Origin: Acidimicrobiales bacterium
GTDB taxonomy: Bacteria; Actinomycetota; Acidimicrobiia; Acidimicrobiales; GCA-2861595
Length of the DNA stretch: 64,000 bases
Assembly: GCA_035540975.1 (NCBI GenBank)
Contig: DATLFN010000058.1
Coordinates: 463-64,462 of the forward strand
Reading direction: 5' to 3'
Position numbers and translations under genes: made by a program. Shown one piece after another: positions 22,301-34,300 of this stretch (the stretch's first letter is position 1; each line of letters starts with the position of its first letter). The notes beneath the pieces were generated by a model that was not told where the DNA came from, did no database searches, and saw only the letters and a program-made list of their open reading frames with translations.

Positions 22301-25300
22301 GATGTCGAGGTCGTTCGTCCCGTCGGTGTCGCCGATGTCGGCGCCCGCGCCGTTGGCGTCGAGGTCGATCTCCTGGCCGATCACGTCGGCGTCGTCCTCA
22401 CCCGTGTCGACGCCCTGCTCCCGGTCGAGGATGGAGCCGCCGACCGTGCGCAGGGAGACGTCGGCCCGGGTCTGCACCAGATCGACCCGGAGGTCGCCGA
22501 TGAGCTCGTCGAGGTAGATGCCGGTGGTGGAAGGCGCCTGCACGTCGAGGGCGACGACGGCGCCGGTCTTGCCGTTCAGCACGTCGACATTGGTCTCCAG
22601 GAAGTCGGCGGCGAGGCCGATGCCACCCACCAGGCCGCGGCCCACGTCGGGCAGGGTGACGCCGTCGGCATCCACCAGGGAGCCGGCCACCATGGTGATG
22701 TTGACGCCGGTGACGTCGATGGTGGGCTGGCCGTCGGCGTCGACGATCCGGCGGGGCGAGAAGAGGGTGACGTCGTCGCCGGTGGAGTGGACGTGGCCGG
22801 CGGTGAGGTCGCCGTACAGCTCGTTGTCGACGATGAAGCCGTTGGTGCGCAGGAAGATCTGGGAGACGTTGGCCGGCAGGCCGTCGTCTGCGGCCTCGGT
22901 GAGCGGGGTGTAGGGCAGCAGGGTGGAGGCCACGTCGGTGAAGGCGGTGATGTCGAGAACCGTGCCGGTCTCGTCGTGGCGGACGTGGATGTCGTCGCCG
23001 GCCCGCAGGTCGCCGTAGGTGCTGCCGTTGTCGCCGAAGACGTAGTGGCTGTCGACCAGGTTCCGGTCGGTGCCGAAGGCCCGCAGGACGTGGATGAGGG
23101 TGGGCGGCTGCTGGGCGGCCGGGTCGGGATCGGGCCAGAAGTGCTGGACGTAGGTGCCGCTGGGCGGGACCCGGAGCGTGGTGCTCAGCGGGAACGGCGC
23201 CGGGTAGACGTTGACCGTCGTGTCCAGCACCGTGCCGAGCTGGTTGCCCTCCACGCTGTCGTGGATGACCACATCCACGTCCTGGCCGGCCGCGATGGTG
23301 TCGATCCGGACCGTGAAGGGGTCGCCGAACGTGGTGTTGTCCCGCCGCACCGCGGTGAGGTCGAGCACCACGTCGCCGGCCGCCTTGGCCCGGATCTCGA
23401 AGTCGCGCAGGGCGGCGTCGAGGTAGTTGAACCGGATGAGCTCGACCGCCACCGGCACGCGCGGCCCCGTCTGGCGCCCGATGCTGCCCGTGCCGGCGTC
23501 GATCTCCAGGACGTTGGTGCGGACCAGCTCCACGTCGGTGTCGCTGCCCGGGATGGCGAAGATGGCCACCAGGTTGGCGTCCACGCCGGTGCTCTCGATC
23601 CCCTCCAGGTCGAGGTCGTTGTCGGAGAGGATGTCGCCGCGGACGTTCTCGATGATGGTGGTCCCGATCGGGTTCTCGATGGCCCCGTCGAGCACGATGT
23701 CGGAACGGCCCACCGTGGTGCCGGCCGGGTGCAGGTTGCGGATCTGCACGCCGGTCATGGGCACGGCGTGGATGAGGTCGAACTCGAAGGTGGAGCCGGC
23801 CGAGTAGGGGTCGATCGTCTCGGCGATGGAGGCGTGACCGGTGGGATCGGTGGGATCGGGAAGGACCTGGACGGCGATCTCGATGAGCGGGTCGTTGGCG
23901 CTGCTGGTGACGTCGATGTCGTTCGTGACCAGCTTGCGGTCCGAGTAGTTGAGGATGGTCACGCCGTCCCAGGTGTCCTGGACGTAGAACTCGCCGGCGT
24001 TGCCGTAGATCACCGAGTCGGGCCCGGTGATGTCGTTGGCCTCGAACCGGGCGAAGCCGCTGCGGTCGTAGATCAGGTCGCCGACGACGATCCACTGCCC
24101 GCTCAGGATGGTGTCGCCCACATCGAGGAGACCCGAGTAGGTGTTGGTCGCCGGGTTGTAGGCCCGCACGTAGACGTTGCTCGTCTTGGACGTGATCTTG
24201 CCGGTCTGGTCGACGATCAGGAGCGGGTTCGGCTCGCCCAGGAAGTAGACGGTGGACTCCCAGTAGATGCGCCGGAGGGGCTCGCGGGGGTCGCTGTCGC
24301 CATGCGGGTCGTGGCTGACGAACGCGCCCCCGTGCGGGTTGCGGTGGGCGTCGTACCGGGTGACGAACTGGTGCGCGGCCACGAAGAGGTACGCCGTCTT
24401 CAGCCTGGAGTCGTTGTCCCCGGAGACCCGGGCCTGGGTGGTGAGCGTCAGGTTCGTCGTCGCGTCGGCGTCGCCGAAGGCGCAGTCGCAGGAGGCGTCG
24501 GAGCTGGCGTCGACGTCGATGTCGTCGTAGACGGCCTCGATGTCGATCCGCTCGTTCCCGGTGATCTGGATCTCCGTGGTGGAGTTGGCAGGCCTCAGCC
24601 AGACCCTGGTGTCGCCGCCCACGTTGATCTCGGCATCGGCGTCGGAGTCGGCGGCGAAGGCGTCGGCGTCGGAGTCGGCCGTGGCCCGCAGGTGGACGCG
24701 GGTGACCCGGGCGTCGAGGTTGACGAAGTCGGCCAGCAGGCGGGCCGAGCCACCGATCTCGGACCAGGTGAGGGAGTTGGCATCGATGTGGACCTTGGCG
24801 GTCGCCTCGCTGTCGACGCCCAGGCCGCCGCCGTCGCTCTCGGCGTCTGCTTCGGCGTCGAGGCTGGCGGTCGCGCCCACGTTGATCGTGTCCTTGGCGG
24901 TGAGCGTGCCGTTCACGATCGTCTTGGTCGTGTGCTTGAGGTTGACCGTGGCGGTGGTGTCCACGCCGGCCCCGAGGCCGCCGGCGCCGCCCGCCGAGGT
25001 GGCGGTGGCGTCGTGGGTGGCGCCGGCGTTGACGTTGATGGTCGTGGCCGTGAGCTGGGCGCCCGAGTTGATCGTGAGCGTGGTGGTGGTGTTGGCCGTC
25101 GCCGTGGCGTTGGCGTCGCCGACCGACACCAGGCCGCCGCCGCTGTTGGTGGTGTTGGCGCCGGCCAGGGCCCGGTTGTCGATGGTGACGTTGATGGTGG
25201 TCGCCGTGATGACGGCGTTGGCGCCGATGGTGTTGGACACCGTCGTATCGGCCGTTGCGCTGGCGTTGGCGTTGGCGATGTCGATGGCGCCGCCGCTCGA

Positions 25301-28300
25301 GCCCGACGAGGAGGCGGTGGCCGTCTGGTCGCCCGACGGCGCCCCGGCCAGCACGCCGCTGCCGCCCACGCCCTCGAGCGCGTGGGTGCCGGTGCCGAGG
25401 GAGGCGAGGTCGAACACCAGGTGCTGGATGCTGTTGCCCGGCGACGTGATGTTGACGCCCTCGACCTTGAACTGGTGGGGCCCGCCGGTGCGGCCGCCGT
25501 TGCTGAACGAGATGGCCGAGCCGCCGAAGGTGTCGGACAGCCGGAACCGCGTCGCGCTCACCGGGATCGCGAAGTAGACGGCGCCGTCGGTGAGGCCCGA
25601 CAGGGGGGCGTCGTTCTCCTTGTACAGCTTGTGGACGGCCTTCACGCCGGCCGCCGAGCGGTCGCCGCTGATGGCGATAACGCTGGGACCGGGGTCGCCG
25701 CTGCCCGGGCAGTCGGCGTCCAGGCCGGTGGCGCCGCACTTCGTCGTGGCCAGCTGGATACGGAACCCGTCGACCCGGCGGACCCAGTAGAAGGTGTTGT
25801 TGGAGAGCCCGCCCAGGGGCGACCCGTTGGTCACCTGGTAGAAGATCCGGTCGCCGGTGTTGAAGTTGTGCCCGGTCTGGGCGTCGCCGTCGTTGTTGAA
25901 GTTGGTGCCCAGGAAGATCGTGTTCTGGTTGTTGTCGTAGACCAGGGCGTTGTTGGTCACCTGGGGCTTCGTGGAGCTGGCCATCATCAGATCGACGACC
26001 TGGCTGTTGAACGTGTGGGTAGCGAACGCCCGGTACGTCACGGGGTCGTTGAGCTGGAAGTTGTGGGCGGTGTCGACGTAGCCGCCCGTGACGTCGCTGC
26101 CCACGGCCGAGGCGTTCACCGACTCGGTGTCGCGCACCACCAGGGGATCGGCGAGCTTGATGGTGAACTCGTCGACCTTCTCGACCCGGTAGAGCTTGCC
26201 GTGCACCAGCCCGCCGACGGCCGTGCTGCCGGTGGGGGCGAAGTACCAGACCAGGTCGCCGTCCACCAGCCCGTGGCGGCCGTCGAAGCGGATCTCGTCG
26301 GTCTCGACGTCGACGTCGCCGGCCGGCTGGCCCGGCGGCACGTTGACCTCGTTGCCGGTGAACACCACACCCAGCTGGAGCGACTTGGTGGAGTCCACAC
26401 CCGGGCCCGAGGGGATGATGACCGCGTACCGGCGGTTGTCGGTGAGGCCGCCGATGGTCGTGCCGCCGTTGTCGCGGTAGGTCACCGACTGGCCGGTGCT
26501 GAGGCCGTGGACGGCGGAGAACGTGATCCGGTTGCCGGCGATGTCGTCGGCCAGGGTGACGTCGCCCACGGCGCTGAACAGGCCGTTGCTGTACACCGGC
26601 GGGTTGGTGTTGTGGGTGGCGTCGATGGTGACCGTCGGCGCCGTGATGGTGGCGCCGCCGCCGACCGACACCTTCACCTCGGGCGACGTGCTGACCGTGG
26701 CGCCGAACCCCGTGACGTTGATGGCCCCGCCCGAGCCGGACCGAGTCGTGGCGTCACCGTCGCTGATCCCCTTGGCCCGCACGGTCACCGCGCTGCCGGC
26801 GACGATCACGGCGCCGCTCTGGCCGAGGACGGCCTCGACGGTGGAGTCGACCGTGGCCTGAGACGCCGAGCCGGTGGAGATGTTGATGGCCCCGCCCGTT
26901 CCGGTGTCCAGCACCGAGGAGGCGAAGTCGACGCCCTCGGCGGTGACCACGTAGGTCAGCGCGCCGCTCCCCGACGTTCCCTGGCGGACGTGGCCGAGCG
27001 CCTCGGCCTTGGTGGTGCCGGCCGTGGTGGCGGCCGGGTCGATGTTGGTCGAGACCTGGATGAGGGCGCCGCCCACCGTCTTGGCCCGGGCGAGCGAGAC
27101 GTCGGCCGACTTGGCCTCGACGGTCACGGTGCCGTTGGGCGCGGCCAGCGTGGTGCTGGCGCCGGTGGAGGTCGTGACCGTGGCCGAGGCGTTGGCGGTC
27201 ACCTCCGCCTTCGAGGCCGAGACCAGGAGCGAGGCGGACAGGGACTCGACGCCGGCCTTGACGATGTTCGAGTCGAGCAGCGTGCCGCTGTTGGTGTTGT
27301 GCCAGGTGCTGATGCGGACGTTCCCGGTCGAGCTGGTGATCCAGGACGAGCCGGTGACGCTCGTGGTGATCCTGGGCTTGGCCTCCGCCTTCGCCTTCAC
27401 GATGCCGACCGCCACGATGCCGGCGACCGACGACCCCGACGCCAGGGCCTCGACGCTGGTGTGGACGTCGGACTCGACCACGACGTTGCCGGAGGCGGTG
27501 ACCGACCCGGAGACGGTGGTGGTCACGGTGGGCGAGGTGGTGGCGGTCGACTCGACGTCGGCGCCGCCGCCGCCCAGCGCGGCGGCCACGCCGGCCACGT
27601 CGGACTTGGAGGAGGAGCGGACCCGGCTGCGGATGGTGATCGAGGCGGCGTTCGAGACGGTGCCCGTCATCGACGTGGTCGTCGAGCCGCCGACCGTGGC
27701 GGTCCCGTCGATCACGCCGACGCCGGCCACCAGGCCCAGGCCCACCGCGAAGCCGTCGGCGAAGGCCCGCTGGTGCACGAGGCTCTCGATCACCAGGTTG
27801 CCGGTGACGTTGACCGTCTTGCCGCCGACGCTGGTCGTGACGGTGGACGAGTCGGTCGAGGTCACGACGCCGCCCGCCACGCCGGCGACGAGCGAGCCGG
27901 ACCCGAGCTTGACGCCCGAGGACGCCTGCTCGGTGTACCCGGGCGGCAGGTCGGGGTTGCCGGCCGAGTCGGTGTTCAGCCGCGAGCGGAACGTCACGTG
28001 GCGGCCGGTGAGCGAGCCCGTGCCGGTCGTGAACGCCGACACGGTGGGCGACAGCGTGGCGGTGGCCCCCGCCGACCCGGCGGCGAACAGACCGCCGGCG
28101 CTGACCCCGCTGCCGAAGGCCTTGGCCGCGGCACGGGAGATGGCGGTGAAGGCGGCGTCGAACGAGCCCGTCGCCACGCTGGCCTTGTTCCCGACGTAGG
28201 ACTTCGTCTGAGGCGACGCGGTGGCGGTCGTCGTCACCTTGGCCGCGTCGCCGAGGATGCCGACGCTCACGAAGTCGGCCGTGGCCGAGACCCGCGAGAG

Positions 28301-31300
28301 GGTCGTGGCCGTGGCGACGACGCCGGACGCACCCGTGGTTGTGACGCTGGCGGCGTTCGCCCCGCCCGCCTCGGAGCCGACCCGGGTGACGGTGGCGGTG
28401 GTATCGGAGGAGGAGACCGTGCTGCCGCCGATGCTCAGGCCGCTCACGCCGACGAAGGACGAGGTGGCCGTCGGCGTCTGGGTCCCGTTGGCCACGAGCG
28501 ACAGCGAGCCGGCGGTGACGGTGGACCCGTCCCCGACGGAGGCGTTGACGGAGCCGGCCGTGCTCGCCGCCACCGCCATGAGGTTGACCTGGACGCCGCC
28601 GACGCTGACGGCCGCCGTCGTCGCCGTCGACGTCGCCACACCGGTGGCGTTGAGGCTGGCCGCGCCCCCGCCGAGCGACACGGTGGCGTTGTCGCCCACG
28701 ACGGCGCTGGTCGTCTGGGTCAGCGTGGCGGTCGTCTGGGAGCCGCTGCCGCCGGCGAGGGAGACGCCGACGAAGTTGGTCTCCGCCCTCGACGTGGCGT
28801 TCCCGGTGGCGTTGGCGGTGAGCGACCCGGCGGAGAGCGAGCCACCGTCGGCCACCCCGGCGATCGTGGTCCCGCCCAGGGTGGCCTTGACGTCCATCAC
28901 GGTGATGCTCAGCCCGCTCACCGAGACGTTGGCGTTCTCGGCGGTCGCCCACGTGTTCGAGGTGGCGGTCAGCGAGGCCGCCCCCGTGAGGGTGGTGGTG
29001 CCGGCGATCGTGGCCTGCGTCGTCTGGGTGACGTTGGCCGCGATGACGGCGCCGTTGCCGCCGAGGAGGGTGACGCCCACGAAGGTGGCGGAGGCGTCCA
29101 CGTGGCCGGCCGAGCTGTTGTTCGACGTGGCGGTGGCCGTGAGCGAGGAGGCGGTGAGGCTGGTGCCCGAGGTGCTGCCCACCTTGGTGGTGCCGCCCAG
29201 CGTCGACTTCACGAACTGGGCGGCGCCCGCCACCACACCCACGTTCACCCCGGTGGTGTCGGCCGTCGGCGTGGAGGTGGAGGTGGCGGTGAAGGTGGCG
29301 GCGCCGCTGAGCGTCACGACGGCGCCGCTGCGCAGCCCGGCGTCGGTGGTCTGGCTGATCTTGGCCTCGGTGGTGGAGACGGTGAAGGTGCCGGCGGCCA
29401 CGGCCACGGTGGTGGACTCCGGCGTGGCGGTGTTGGTGGACGTCGCCGTGAGCCCGAGGGTGGTGGCGCCCAGCGTGCCGGCCACGTAGGCCTCCGTGGT
29501 GCCGGCGGCGTCGGCCTCGCTCAGGACCACCGAGCCGCCCACCGCCGTCACGCTGACGCCGAGGAGCGTGCTCGTGGCGTCATTGACCGGCGTGGTGGCG
29601 GTGAACGAGGCGGCGCCGGTCAGGGTCGCCTCGCTGCCGGCGGCCATGAAGGCGGACGCCGCGCCGTTGGTCGACGCCTTGGAGCTGGCGCCGGCGCCGG
29701 TCACCGCGCCGACCCCGACCACGTCGGCGTCGGCGTCGGCGTCGCGGTTCGACGTGGCGGAGCCGGTCAGGCTGGTCGCGGTCAGCTTCGCCCCGCCGCC
29801 GAGGTAGGCGCGGGCAGCGGCGCCGACCGTGGCCTCGACGAGCACGACCGAGACGGCGAGGGCGCCGACGCCGACGCTCAACATGTCGGAGTTCGCCGTG
29901 GCCGTCGAGGTGGCGGTGAGGGTGGCGGCGCCGGTGAGGGTGACCGTGGTGGTCGGCGTCGCCGCCGGCACGTTGCCGGTGCGGGCGCCCACGAACGCCT
30001 CCGTGTCGCCCGACGCGCTGGCCTCGGACGTGCCGCCGGTGCCCGTGATGGCGCCGACGCCGATGGGCGTGACCTCGCTGGTGGCGGTCTCGGTGGCGGT
30101 GGCCGTCACGTCGAGGGTGGTGGCCGTCACCGTGGCGCCCTCGCCCACGTAGGCCAGCGTCGCCTGGGTGATCGCGGCGTCCGAGGTGAAGGCGGCGATC
30201 GACACGCCGCCGATGGCGCCGCCCTTGGCGCTGGAGTCGGCGGTGGAGGTGGAGACGGCGTCGATGTCGACCGTGCCCGTGAAGGCGAGCGAGGTGGTGC
30301 CGGAGGGCACGGCGCCGGCCCGGGCGCCGACGAAGGCCTCGGTGACCCGCGAGATGGTGCTCTCGGTCCCACCGGCGGCGCCGCCGCCGCCGAGGCCGAA
30401 GCCCACGCTCACCACCGAGGCGTCGGTGGTGTGGTAGCCCTCGGCCTTCACCTGGAGGCTGGGGGCGGTGACGGACGTCGTGCCGCCGCTCACGTAGGCC
30501 AGCGTGCTGCCGCCCACCGAGGCGTCGGCGAACATGACGGCCACGCCCACGGCTGTGCCCACGGCGGCGCCGTCGCCGGAGGCGGTGGCGGTGAGCGTGG
30601 AGATGGCGTGGACCTTCACGGCGCCCGCGGCGGTGAGGGCGGAGCTGCCGGCGTAGGCCTGGGTGGTGCTGGCGATGTCGGTGGTGGAGCTGGCGCCGGC
30701 CCCGGAGAAGCCGACCGGCGCCACGCTCACGGCCACGGCCACTGCGGTGGCAGTGGGCGACTGGGTGGAGGTGGCCTCGATGGTGATGCCGCCTCCGTTG
30801 GCCGTGGCCGTGGACCCGGTGACGGAGGCCGACGTGGTGCTGGTGATCTGGTTGTCGGTGTAGGAGACGCCGGCGGCCACGCCGACGAAGCCGACGCTGA
30901 ACGCCACGGCCACGACGGTGGCCGTGATGGACGAGGTGTCGGTCGCCGTCACGTCGACGGTCGTGGCCGCCGTCACCGTGCTGCCGGCGGAGACGCGGGC
31001 CGTGGCGTTGGTCGCGATGGTGTTGGTGGCCACGGCGGCGCTGGCGGCGGCCGAGATCGAGGCCGGCGACACCGAGATGCTGAGGGCGGCGGCCACCGGC
31101 GTGGCCGTGATGGTGGACGACTCGGTGGTGGTGACCGCCACCTTCCCACCCGTCGAGGTGACGGTGGAGCCGTCGATGGCGGCGGTGGTCGCGCTGGTGA
31201 CGTCGTTGAGGGCGGTGGCCGAGCCGAGGGAGGCCGCCCCGCTGCCGCCCAGCGACACCGACACGGTGAGGGCGGCGGCGATGGCGTTGGAGGTGATGGT

Positions 31301-34300
31301 GGCGGTGTCGGTGGCTGTGACGGAGACGTCGCTCGCGGCGGTGACGCCCCGGCCGGCCGACGCCAGGCTGTTGGCGATCGACGCCGTGGCGCTGGTGGAG
31401 ATGGTGTTGATCGTCTGGGCGCCGGCCAGGGCGGCCGCGCCGGCCGCGGCCGCGCCCACGGCGACGGCCACGCCGATGCCGGTGGCGGTCGTGCTGATCG
31501 TCGGTGTGGTGGAGGCCGACACGGTGACAGCGCCGGTGGCGGTCACCTTGGAGCTGTCGACGGTGGCCAGGACGACGTCGCCGATGTCGTTGGTGGACAC
31601 GGAGTCCGACACGGCCACGCCGCCGGCGAAGCCCGCGGCGGCGGAGATGGCCAGGGACACGGCGGTCACGGTGGTGGTGTCGGTGGCGGTGTCGGAGGCC
31701 GTGACGGTGACGTCGCCGCCCGAGACGGTCGAGCCGCCGGCGATGGAGGCGGTGACCACGGCGTCGGTGGTGTTGGTCGCCACGGCCACCGCGCCGGCCA
31801 CGCTGATCGAGATGGCGCTGACGGCCACGCTGATCGAGGCCGACACCGGCGTGGCCGTGATCGACGAGGTCTCCGACGCCCCGACGGAGACGTCTCCGCC
31901 CGTCGAGGTGACGGTCGACCCCAGGATCTTCGCCGCCGTGGCGCTGGTGATGTTGTTGACGGCGACGGCCCCACCGATGGCGACGGCGACGCCGGCCGCG
32001 CCGCCGACGCCCACGCTGAGGCTGGCCACGATCGGGGTGGACGTGATGGTGGCGAGGTCGCTGGCACCGACCGTCACCGCCCCGCCGGCGGTGACCGTGG
32101 CGTTGTTCTGCACGAGCGCCTGAGCCGTCGTCCCGATCGTATTGGTGGTGGCGGCGCCCCCGAGGGCGACCGCACCGGCCACCGCCGCGGAGGCCGCGAC
32201 GGCGACGGCGATGCCGACCGTGGTGGCGGTGATGGTCTGGGTCGTGTCGGCGTCCACCGTCACCGTGCCCGAGGCGGTGACCGTGGCGTCGTCGATCTTC
32301 GCCGTCACGGTGTCGGTGACGGTGTTGGTGGCGATGGAGGCGCTGACCGCTGCGCCGCCCGAGAAGCCGGGGGCGACGGAGACGGCGACGCTCACTGCGG
32401 TGGCCGTCGTCTTGATCTTCGCCGTGTCGGCGGCCGTGACGCTCACGTTGTCGCCGTCGACCACCGAGGTGGCGCCGACGACCGACGCCTCGACCGCGTT
32501 CGAGATGGTGTTGGTCCCCACCGACGCGGCGCCCGCCACCGCGATGGACACGGCGGTCACGCTCACGGCCGCCGCGATGGACGCCGCCACGGGGGTCGCC
32601 GTGATGGTCGAGCTCTCCGTGCCGGTGACGCCGACGTCGCCGCTGTCCGAGGTCACGGACGAGTAGGCGACCTTGGCCCTGACCGTGTTGCCCACGGTGT
32701 TGACGGCGACCGCGCCACCCAGCGAGACGGCGACGCCGGCGCCGCCACCGAGGTCGACGCCCACGCTGATGCTGGCCACGATCGGGTTGGAGGTGATGAC
32801 CGAGCCGTCGGCGGCGGAGACGAGGACGTTGCCGCTGCCCGTGGCGGTGAGAGTCGAGACGCCCTGCACCAGGGCTTCCGCCGTGGTGTTGACGGCGTTC
32901 GTGGTCGCGGCTCCGCCCAGGGCGACGGCGCCCGCCACGGCGCCGGCGGCCACGGCCACGGCCACGCCGACCGTGGTGGCCGTGATGGTGGGCGTGGTGC
33001 TCGCCGACACGGTGACGCCTCCGGTGGCCGTCACCGTCGAGCCGTCGACCTTGGCCGTGGCCCGGTCGTCGACGTCGTTGACGGCCACTGCGGCGCTGAG
33101 ACTCACACCGCCGGCGAAGGCGGCGGCGGCGGCCACCGACACGGTGACGGCGGTGGCGACGGTCTTGATGGTGGCGGTGTCGGTGGCGGTGACCGAGACG
33201 TCGGCGCCGCTGACCGTGCTGGCGCCGACGACCGACGCCTCGGCCGTGTCGGCCACGGTGTTCGTGGCCGACGAGACGGCGCCGGCCACCGACACCGAGA
33301 TGGCGGAGACGGCCACGCTGATCGAGGCGGACACCGGCGTCGCCATGATGGTCGAGCTCTCGGTGGCGGTGACGGTGACGTTGCCTCCCGTCGAGGTGAC
33401 CGCGGAGCCGTCGACCGACGCCCTGGCCGTGTTGGTGACCGTGTTCACGGCCACCGCGCCGCCCAGCGACACGGCCACGCCGGCACCGCCGCTGAGGGCG
33501 ACGCTGAGGCTGGCCACCACCGGGTTGGAGGTGATGGTGGCGGTGTCGGTGGCGGTCACCGACACGGGGCCGGACGCCGTCACCGACGAGCCGTTGCGCA
33601 CCAGCGCCTCGGCGGTGGTCCCGATGGTGTTGGTGGTGGCGGCCCCGCCCAGGGCGGCGGCCCCGGCGAAGGTGGCGTCGGCGGCGATGGCCACGGCCAC
33701 GCCCACGGCGAGGGCGGTGATGGTGGGGGTGGTGGACGCCGAGACGGTGACGGAGCCGGACGCGTTGACGGTGGCGTCGTCGATGGCGGCGGTGACCGAC
33801 CCGGTGACGGTGTTGACGGCCACCGACGCGCTGACGGACACGCCCAGGCTGAAGCTGGCACCGGCGGCCACCGAAACGGTGACGGCCACGGCCGCCGTCT
33901 CGATGGTGGAGGTGTCGCTGCCCGACACCGACACGTTGCCGGCGCTCACGAAGCTGCCGCCGGCGATGGTGGCCGAGACCATGTTGTCGATGGTGTTGGT
34001 GGCCACGGTGCCGGCACCGGCGGCGGCGACCGAGAGGGCGGACACGGCCACGCTGATCGAGGCGGCGACCGGCGTGGCGAGGATGGACGACGTCTCGGTG
34101 GCGGTGACGAACACGTCGTCGCCCGTGGCCGTGACGCTGGAGCCGTCGATGGTGGCCGTCGCCGTGTCGGTGATCGTGTTGACGGCCACGGCGCCGCCCA
34201 GCGAGACGGCCACGCCGGGCCCGCCGCTCACCGCGACGCTGAGGCTGGCCACGGTCGGCGTGGCGGTGATGGTGGCCGAATCGGTGGCGGTGACCGAGAC

